This document shows positions 57,967 through 64,000 of a stretch of 64,000 bases of DNA, one piece after another. The notes under the pieces are model-generated. The model ran no database searches and was not told where the DNA came from. It worked only from the letters and a program-made list of their open reading frames with translations. Position numbers and translations under genes: made by a program. Source of the stretch: a bacterium UBA2219 (GTDB lineage Bacteria; Desulfobacterota; Deferrimicrobia; Deferrimicrobiales; Deferrimicrobiaceae); assembly GCA_002327765.1 (NCBI GenBank), contig DCUH01000133.1, forward strand, positions 58,885 to 122,884. Direction: 5' to 3'. Each line of letters starts with the position of its first letter. Within the stretch, counting starts at the first letter, position 1.

Positions 57967-58940
57967 CCGCGAAGGGCCGGAAGTTGACCTATAGCCTCGC
58001 GATCAACGAGGCGCTCCACCAGTCGATGGAACGGGACGATTCCGTCCTCCTCCTCGGGCAGGGGGTCAAGAGTCCCTGGTACGTCGGGAACACGGCCCAG
58101 GGCCTGTTGAAGCGGTTCGGGAAGCTCCGGGTGATCGACACGCCGGTGTCGGAGAACGCGATGACCGGAGCCGCCGTCGGGGCCTCCATCGTCGGGATGC
58201 GCGCGGTGGTCGTCCACCCGAGGGTGGATTTCATGCTGTACGCCTTCGACCCCATCGTCAACGAGGCGGCCAACTGGTCCTACATGAACGGCTCCCGGAC
58301 CCCGGTCCCGGTGGTCTTCTGGGGAGTCGTCAACCGCGGGGGGGAGCAGGCCGCCCAGCACTCGCAGTCCCTTCACGCGACGTTTTCCCACGTCCCCGGC
58401 CTCAAGGTGGTGATGCCCGCCACTCCATTCGACGCGAAGGGGCTGATGACCGCCGCGATCCGCGACGACGGCCCCGTGGTCTTCATCGACGACCGGTGGC
58501 TGTACGACGTCGAGGGCGTGGTCCCCGCGGAGCCCTACGTCGTTCCGATCGGGAGGGGGATCGTGCGGAGGGAGGGGAAGGACGTGTCGCTGGTCGCGTC
58601 GTCCTACATGGTCGCGGAATCGATGAAAGCCGCCGCGATTCTCGAGCGGGAAGGCGTCGACGCCGAGGTCGTCGACCTGCGGACGGTCAAGCCGCTGGAT
58701 GTTGCGCTGATCCTTGCGTCGGTGGGGAAGACGGGCCGCGCGGTGATCGTGGACGGCGGCTGGAAGACGTGCGGCCTGGCCGCCGAGGTGGCCGCCCTCA
58801 TCGCGGAAAACGGTCTCTGCGGCGGGAAAAACCTCATCCGGCGGGTCACCCTGCCGGACACCCCGGCGCCCGCGAGCCGATCGCTGGAGAAAGGATATTA
58901 CCTCGACGCCCGGAAGATCGTCGAGGCCGTGATGAGGTAA
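57963..58940 (+). CDS. TPP-dependent dehydrogenase E1 component beta subunit (PdhB/AcoB-like)
   Basis: Transketolase-like pyrimidine-binding domain (VIDTPVSENAMTGAAVGASIVGMRAVV) plus a C-terminal domain. Confidence 0.85.
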   Translation: MTAKGRKLTYSLAINEALHQSMERDDSVLLLGQGVKSPWYVGNTAQGLLKRFGKLRVIDTPVSENAMTGAAVGASIVGMRAVVVHPRVDFMLYAFDPIVNEAANWSYMNGSRTPVPVVFWGVVNRGGEQAAQHSQSLHATFSHVPGLKVVMPATPFDAKGLMTAAIRDDGPVVFIDDRWLYDVEGVVPAEPYVVPIGRGIVRREGKDVSLVASSYMVAESMKAAAILEREGVDAEVVDLRTVKPLDVALILASVGKTGRAVIVDGGWKTCGLAAEVAALIAENGLCGGKNLIRRVTLPDTPAPASRSLEKGYYLDARKIVEAVMR

Positions 58941-58968
58941 GCGGAACCCGGGTTTTCGCGGTTCCCGC

Positions 58969-59481
58969 TCAGTGCCCCCAGAACGTCTCCACCAGCCCCG
59001 CCTTCCAGCCGTCCCCTTCCCGGAACATTCTCAGCACCGCCGGCCGGTCCGCCCCCTGGCGGGTGATCAGCACCTCCGCCCGGTCCTTCTCCCAGGCCCC
59101 CATCTGCCAGCGGCTTTTCTCGAGCGCGTCGTCGGGATCGAACCTGCGGAGGAACGCCTCCCAGTATTCCCGCGAGATCGGCCCCCCCGCGGCGAAATCC
59201 TCCCGAATCCGCTCCTTCGGGAACGGCGGGGCGCCGGTCCTGCGGATCGCGTCGTCGGTTTCCGAGATGATCGTTTCGCGCGATTTCCCGGTAAGGACGC
59301 GCCAAGTCGCGGGGTAATCCTTCGTCTTCATCGTCCGGAAGAGCGTTTCGGCGGCGTCGAGGATCGAATGAACGGCGAGCGTGTCCGGCGGCGGGCCGGC
59401 TTCGGCGCGGAACGCGCCGGGTGAAAAAAGAAACGCCGCGATCGCGAGGATCACGGCGTCTTGCCGCAACAGGGCCTTCAA
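58969..59481 (-). CDS. Small secreted protein of unknown function (170 aa)
   Basis: TTG start with signal peptide MKALLRQDAVILAIAAFLFSPGAFRA. The ORF-track version is extended N-terminally by a Pro/Arg-rich translation typical of spurious high-GC frames. Last gene of the gfc-like operon. Confidence 0.5.
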   Translation of the reverse strand: MKALLRQDAVILAIAAFLFSPGAFRAEAGPPPDTLAVHSILDAAETLFRTMKTKDYPATWRVLTGKSRETIISETDDAIRRTGAPPFPKERIREDFAAGGPISREYWEAFLRRFDPDDALEKSRWQMGAWEKDRAEVLITRQGADRPAVLRMFREGDGWKAGLVETFWGH

Positions 59482-59497
59482 GCCGGCCGGGCCCCGG

Positions 59498-59860
59498 TCA
59501 TGGGCTGGTAGTGTGGGCCGGAGAGGAGGAGGAGCCGCCCCCGCCTCCCGCCGCCACGGCGATGAGCGCCGCCGCCGCGACCCCGCCCGCGATCCAGCCC
59601 CACGTCCCCCTGGAGATGCCGGAGGAGGTCTTCTCGCCCGCGGCTTCCCCGGCGGTCGCCGGGCCGGTGGGCACCCCGGAGGTCGCGGGCCCTCTCGGCC
59701 AGGTTTCCCAGGGGGAAGATTTGAGCGCGGGCTTGGGAGCCGGCGCGGGATCGGCCGCCAGCACGGGCGCCACCGCCATGATTTCGAAGGAAAGGAAGCA
59801 GGCAAGCGACAGCAGCGCCGCAAAGATCTTCACGGGGATGCGGGACCGGCAGATCGTCAT
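59498..59860 (-). CDS. Small secreted Pro/Ala/Gly/Ser-rich protein with C-terminal hydrophobic helix (GfcA/YjbE-like architecture)
   Basis: MTICRSRIPVKIFAALLSLACFLSFEIMAVAPVLAA signal, a low-complexity PAPAPKPALKSSP...GPATAGEAAGEKTSSG stretch, then a WGWIAGGVAAAALIAVAAGGGGG helix. AAGGGGA RBS 6 nt upstream. Confidence 0.45.
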   Translation of the reverse strand: MTICRSRIPVKIFAALLSLACFLSFEIMAVAPVLAADPAPAPKPALKSSPWETWPRGPATSGVPTGPATAGEAAGEKTSSGISRGTWGWIAGGVAAAALIAVAAGGGGGSSSSPAHTTSP

Positions 59861-59885
59861 GATAATCCCCTTATGGATCGAAATG

Positions 59886-62039
59886 TTACCTGATTCCCTT
59901 GTACAAGTCCCGGGTGTCCTTGTCAAGCAGTATATCCGTGTTGCGCCCGATGAAGTCGGCCAGCGGGTGGTAGTGGTCGATGTCCTGCCCGGCGTCCCGC
60001 GTCCATGGAGAGAGGCTGATCCGGTAGGCGGTCCGCGAATCCCGCCCCAGGAAGAGCCGGATCGGGATCGTGACGGAGATCCCCTTGTCGTTGTACCCCC
60101 GGTTGAGCGAATCGGTGAAGTCGGAGGTGTCGGTGGTGGTGTACCACGCGGTCAGGGTCACCCCGCGGATGAACTTCGACATCGAGAACCGGGCCCCGTA
60201 ATCGCCCGCCAGGAACCGGCCGCCCTTGACGTCGAACCAGAGGTCGGCCTCCGGGACGTTCAGCCGCCCGCAGAGGAAGGCCGTCTTGTACCAGTTGTCT
60301 CCGGTGAGCCGGAACGGATCGTCCGGAGAGCGCTTCCGGACGGCGCTTCCCCCCGCGCTTCCGATCAGCCGCCCCCTGAAGAAAGGAACCGCGATTTCGG
60401 CGTCGAAGCCGGCGTACTGAATCTCGAGCATCCCCGCGGTGACGCGCGCGAAAATCGGGGAATCCGTCTTCACGATCTGGTCGAACAGGAGCCTGCCCAG
60501 CGCGAAATCCTGCTCTTTGTATTGGCCGACATCACTGCGCACCGGGTTGGAGAGCGGCTCCACGGTGCTGCTGACGTCGTTGAACGGGTACGCCTCCAGC
60601 CCCATGACGGCAGTACCGCCCCTCCATGGAAAGAGGTTCAGGTTCGCGATGGCGCCGCCCCGGAAGCTTATGAAACGCGATGCTTGGTTCAGGTAGGCGT
60701 CCAGCGCCGGCTTGATCTCCCAGCCGTACCGGCGGCGGCTGGTCGTGTTCCGGATCGGGTCCCCGATGGTTTCCGTCCGGAACGAGGAGACCTCGAAGAA
60801 ACGGCTTCGGGGCATGCGCCCCTCGCGGAGCATCTCGAGGGCCGCGGTCGTCGTGATGAACTCGACCATCGGAATGCCGTTTTCCTTGATGCGGATGCGG
60901 ACGTATTCGTACCGGGAGGGGACCATCGGGGCGATGGAATCGACGGCGGCCGCGACGGCGTCGGGGGTGTAGAAATACCGGTTGTTCTCCGCGTCGACGC
61001 GCAGGAAGTAGTCGTCCCCGTCCACCCCGACGTCACTGAAGCCGGATGCGAGAAGCGCGGCGGCGATCCGTTCGGCCAGCGGGTTCTGCCGTTCCGCGTC
61101 CGGTTCCTTGTAGGGCGGGTCGTAGATGGGCAGGATCGGCCGCCCGATGTCGAAGGAGACCGTGGCGCCGAGGCCGAGCTCCTCCCCCCGCTGCCAGCTG
61201 GCGTCGACCTCCAGCCAGCTAAAGGGTTTCAGGCGCACGCCGGCGTTGATCTTCGAGCGGACCGGCTCCGTGAAGTATTTTGGTTGCGCGGGGTCACGGG
61301 TCTGCCGCTCGTACCGGACCGGGCTGTATTCCACCGACAGGGTGATCCAGTCGGTGGCGGCGAACTGGACCCCCCCGAAGAGCTGCGCGTCCCGCCACCA
61401 CGAATTCGGGCTGGTGAACATTTCCACCTTGAACCCGTCGATCTGCTCGGGAAGCGGCTGCTTGCCCAACCGTCCGTTCCCCAACCCGATGGTGAAGTCG
61501 AACGGGTAGAGCTGCTTGCTGGCAACGATCGACTGCGAGGGGTAGATGCGCGTTCCCTGCGGGTCGGAGATCGCGATGGCGAGGGCGGGTAGGTAAATCC
61601 CTTCCTTCACCAGCTGCAGCTTCAGGTCGAAGGCCTTGTCCTTGAAGTCGCCGTACCCTGATCCGGTGTCGCTGTCGAACCCGGGAATGCCACTTGTTTC
61701 CGTGATCCGCCCGTTCACCTCGAGGCGGTCGAACAGCCCCAATGTGACCCTGTAATAGCGGTAAGGGTGGACCTCCGTGATGCCGAACCGGTAGCGGTTC
61801 TGCTGCATCACCCGGGCGTTGGGGATCTCGTAGAGGCCGGTCAGGCCGTAGTTGGACGGGGAGGTGAACGGCTCGTCGCCCGCGCGGGCGGGAGGGGCGG
61901 CCGGCGCGGCGGCGAGCAGCAGCGCGGCGAGGGCGGCGGCCAGGAGCAGGAAGGCGCGGGCGCGGCGGGTGGGGGCGCGGCCGCTCCGGGCATCGGGCCG
62001 ACATGCGGGCCGCGCGTCCCGTGCGGCGCGGCCCGGCAA
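59886..62039 (-). CDS. YjbH/GfcD-family outer-membrane exopolysaccharide/group-4-capsule protein
   Basis: FKDKAFDLKLQLVKEG...ASKQLYPFDFTIGLGNG...LSPWTRDAGQ matches YjbH blocks as I recall them (YKDKAFDLKLRLWEE, ASKAWGPFDFTLGLGWG, WTPLTRDGGQ). Start placed at the in-frame TTG (rev-comp 62037-62039) before the hydrophobic signal AFLLLAAALAALLLAAAPA. Start position is uncertain. Confidence 0.8.
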   Translation of the reverse strand: MPGRAARDARPACRPDARSGRAPTRRARAFLLLAAALAALLLAAAPAAPPARAGDEPFTSPSNYGLTGLYEIPNARVMQQNRYRFGITEVHPYRYYRVTLGLFDRLEVNGRITETSGIPGFDSDTGSGYGDFKDKAFDLKLQLVKEGIYLPALAIAISDPQGTRIYPSQSIVASKQLYPFDFTIGLGNGRLGKQPLPEQIDGFKVEMFTSPNSWWRDAQLFGGVQFAATDWITLSVEYSPVRYERQTRDPAQPKYFTEPVRSKINAGVRLKPFSWLEVDASWQRGEELGLGATVSFDIGRPILPIYDPPYKEPDAERQNPLAERIAAALLASGFSDVGVDGDDYFLRVDAENNRYFYTPDAVAAAVDSIAPMVPSRYEYVRIRIKENGIPMVEFITTTAALEMLREGRMPRSRFFEVSSFRTETIGDPIRNTTSRRRYGWEIKPALDAYLNQASRFISFRGGAIANLNLFPWRGGTAVMGLEAYPFNDVSSTVEPLSNPVRSDVGQYKEQDFALGRLLFDQIVKTDSPIFARVTAGMLEIQYAGFDAEIAVPFFRGRLIGSAGGSAVRKRSPDDPFRLTGDNWYKTAFLCGRLNVPEADLWFDVKGGRFLAGDYGARFSMSKFIRGVTLTAWYTTTDTSDFTDSLNRGYNDKGISVTIPIRLFLGRDSRTAYRISLSPWTRDAGQDIDHYHPLADFIGRNTDILLDKDTRDLYKGIR

Positions 62040-62080
62040 CCGGTCGCGGATCCCGGCGACGCGGGCGGAGAGGGCCGGCG

Positions 62081-63022
62081 TCACGGTGGGCTCGCGGGCG
62101 CGCCTTCGACGGGCGCGCCGCCCCCGGTCCCGGGCGCCCCCGGAAGGACCACGGGGGTACCGGTGATCTCCGCGGCGCGCATCAGGACCCCGGGGACCCG
62201 GCGCGCGGTCCTGCGCGGAAGGCCGGGGAGCGTGGGGCGCGGCACGACGATCGCGTCGCCCGGGCCGATCTCGGGAATGGACCGGGCGAGCGCCGTCACC
62301 TCCCAGCGGGCCGCGGCGCGGTTCCAGGAGACGAAGCCGGGGGTCAGGAGCGCCGTCGTTCCGTCCGCCCGCAGCAGGTAGACCGCGCCGCGGTCCGCGT
62401 CGCCGGCGTACCCGCCGGCCCGGCGGACGTATTCCGCGAGCCGCAGCCCCGGGGAGAACGGCACGCGGGCTGGAGCCTCCCGCGCCGCTCCGCCGACCGC
62501 CCCTGCAATCGCGACGGTATCGTCCCTCGCGGGGATGCGGAGCGCGTCGCCCTCCTCCAGCCGCAGGTCGTCCGGGCTGTTCTTCAGGAGCCGCGGGTGC
62601 GTCATCCGCACGGGGACCCTCCCGGCGGGGCTCAACCCCATGAGGAGGGCGACGACGGGGCGCAGCGCGTCGCCCGCCGCCCCGGAGCCGCCGGTATCGA
62701 GGGCGAGCGTCGCGGCCGCGTTGTCGAGCTCCGCCTTCCCGGCCGCCCGGGCGGAAAGACGGATGAGCGCCGCCCCGCGCGGGTCCGCGCCGTCGGTGAA
62801 CCCGCCCGCGGCGAGCACCAGGGAGGAAAGGGTCGCGTCGTGGGGAAGGGTGTAGGCGCCGGGGCGCCTCACCTCGCCTTCCACGGTGACGGCGATCGGC
62901 CACGGGCCGCCCAGCGCGCGGACCGTTCCCGGCAGGAGGAGGGCGCACGCCGCCGCAAGGAGGAGGAAACCGGCCGTTTTCCCGGCCCTGGGGCCGCGCG
63001 GGCATTGGAGGAGGCGGGGCAT
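62081..63022 (-). CDS. GfcC/YjbG-like periplasmic protein with SLBB-type domains
   Basis: Signal peptide MPRLLQCPRGPRAGKTAGFLLLAAACALLLPGTVRA, then VTVEGEVRRPGAYTLPHDATLSSLVLAAGGFT (SLBB-like). Lies immediately upstream of the YjbH-like gene. Confidence 0.6.
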   Translation of the reverse strand: MPRLLQCPRGPRAGKTAGFLLLAAACALLLPGTVRALGGPWPIAVTVEGEVRRPGAYTLPHDATLSSLVLAAGGFTDGADPRGAALIRLSARAAGKAELDNAAATLALDTGGSGAAGDALRPVVALLMGLSPAGRVPVRMTHPRLLKNSPDDLRLEEGDALRIPARDDTVAIAGAVGGAAREAPARVPFSPGLRLAEYVRRAGGYAGDADRGAVYLLRADGTTALLTPGFVSWNRAAARWEVTALARSIPEIGPGDAIVVPRPTLPGLPRRTARRVPGVLMRAAEITGTPVVLPGAPGTGGGAPVEGAPASPP

Positions 63023-63148
63023 CCCCCGGAGTATACCGCGGAGCCGCCCGTTTTCGCCCTCTTCGACTTCCTTCTTGTTTAAAGTTTGCGATATCCTTAG
63101 CCGATCAGTCTGAATGTGTAATATATCGGCAAACATGGGGGAATCCGG

Positions 63149-64000
63149 ATGAACGTATCGATCGTGGGCACCGGCTACGTGGGGCTGGTCACCGGCGTGT
63201 GCCTGGCCGAGCGCGGGAACGAGGTTCTGTGCATCGACGCGAACCCGTCGATCGTTGAGCGGCTGACCCGCGGCGAAGTGACCATCTACGAGCCGGGGCT
63301 GGAAGAGGTCTACGCGCGGAACCAGAAGAAGGGGCGCATCTCCTTTTCGGGGGATCTCGAAAAGGCCGCGAAGGCCGACGTGATCTTCCTTTGCCTGCCG
63401 ACGCCTCCCGGCGAGGACGGCTCGGCGGACCTGCAATACGTGCTGAGGGTGGCCGGGGAGCTGGGGAAGATCTTTTCCCGCATGCGCAACCCGGAATACA
63501 AGGTGATCGTCGACAAGTCGACCGTGCCGGTCGGGACGAGCGAGAAGGTCCGGGCGGAGATCCGGAAATATTCCGGGCCGGATTTCGATTTCGACGTGGT
63601 CTCGAACCCGGAATTCCTCCGGGAGGGGTTCGCGGTCGAGGATTTCCTGCGGCCGGAGCGCGTGGTGATCGGGTCGGGCAGCGAGCGGGCGGTCCTGGTC
63701 ATGAAGGACCTGTACGAGCCGTTCCTCCAGCCGGGGAGCGCGGTCTTCGTGATGGACGAGCGCAGCGCCGAGGTCACCAAGTACGCAGCGAACGCCTTCC
63801 TCGCGCTGAAGATCTCCTACATGAACGACCTGGCCAACTTCTGCGAGGCCGTGGGGGCGGACATCGACAAGATCCGCGAGGGGATCGGCTCCGACTCGCG
63901 CATCGGGAAGAAGTTCCTCTTCCCCGGGCTGGGATACGGCGGCTCGTGCCTCCCGAAGGACGTGAAGGCGCTGCTGAGGACCGCGGAGGACGCGGGGGCC
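63149..64000 (+). CDS. ugd: UDP-glucose 6-dehydrogenase, N-terminal part (partial; runs off window end)
   Basis: MNVSIVGTGYVGLVTGVCLAERGNEVLCIDANPSIVERL... and GGSCLPKDV. Absent from the ORF track because it has no stop inside the window. Confidence 0.9.
   Translation, partial: MNVSIVGTGYVGLVTGVCLAERGNEVLCIDANPSIVERLTRGEVTIYEPGLEEVYARNQKKGRISFSGDLEKAAKADVIFLCLPTPPGEDGSADLQYVLRVAGELGKIFSRMRNPEYKVIVDKSTVPVGTSEKVRAEIRKYSGPDFDFDVVSNPEFLREGFAVEDFLRPERVVIGSGSERAVLVMKDLYEPFLQPGSAVFVMDERSAEVTKYAANAFLALKISYMNDLANFCEAVGADIDKIREGIGSDSRIGKKFLFPGLGYGGSCLPKDVKALLRTAEDAGA

Noticed and set aside
59498-59823. N-terminal 113 residues of ORF 58969-59823 (-) as part of a real protein
   Set aside because: That portion is a Pro/Arg/Gly-rich translation overlapping the better-supported small gene at 59498-59860 in another frame. 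The real product most likely starts at TTG 59481 with a signal peptide.

Overview
This is a high-GC (about 65-70%) Gram-negative, anaerobe-type genome segment (Deltaproteobacteria/Acidobacteria-like). Gene density is very high and ribosome-binding sites are strong GGAGG-type. There are three blocks.

(1) Bases 1-14.9 kb, mostly minus strand, is core metabolism: partial ppdK, TerC, an SDR epimerase, the TctCBA tricarboxylate transporter, a four-subunit 2-oxoacid:ferredoxin oxidoreductase (porGDAB), a GntR/FadR regulator, a Cdc48-like double AAA+ ATPase, UspA, tRNA-Pro(CGG) with its terminator, a LUD-domain protein and rpe.

(2) Bases 14.9-19.3 kb holds a roughly 50-nt repeat family in four copies, each oriented toward the downstream gene (rpe, a standalone caspase-like C14 peptidase, and the first export gene). 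It also holds metE, a NusG-paralog antiterminator (RfaH/UpxY-like), and a perfect ops-like GGCGGTAGCTTG element in the leader of the polysaccharide operon.

(3) Bases 19.4-58.9 kb is a 40-kb, about 38-gene plus-strand polysaccharide supercluster with two parallel sets of export and polymerisation genes. Set 1 is Wza-like (multi-SLBB), Wzz, Wzx and Wzy. Set 2 is CapD/PglF-like, Wzi, Wza-like, Wzz, Wzx and Wzy. It also carries many GT2/GT4 glycosyltransferases, six SAM methyltransferases (three with N-terminal zinc ribbons), two priming phosphoglycosyl transferases, an acetyltransferase, a WbsX glycosyltransferase, two aminotransferases and a TPP-dependent E1alpha/E1beta pair. A low-GC mosaic island at about 27.1-33.4 kb contains two disrupted glycosyltransferases: a GT2 frameshifted in a G5 tract, and a GT4 with two in-frame stops nine codons apart.

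Downstream, on the minus strand (59.0-63.0 kb), is a GfcC/YjbG-GfcD/YjbH-like (group-4-capsule-type) operon with two small secreted proteins. The window ends with a partial ugd on the plus strand. No transposases, CRISPR arrays or rRNA were seen.
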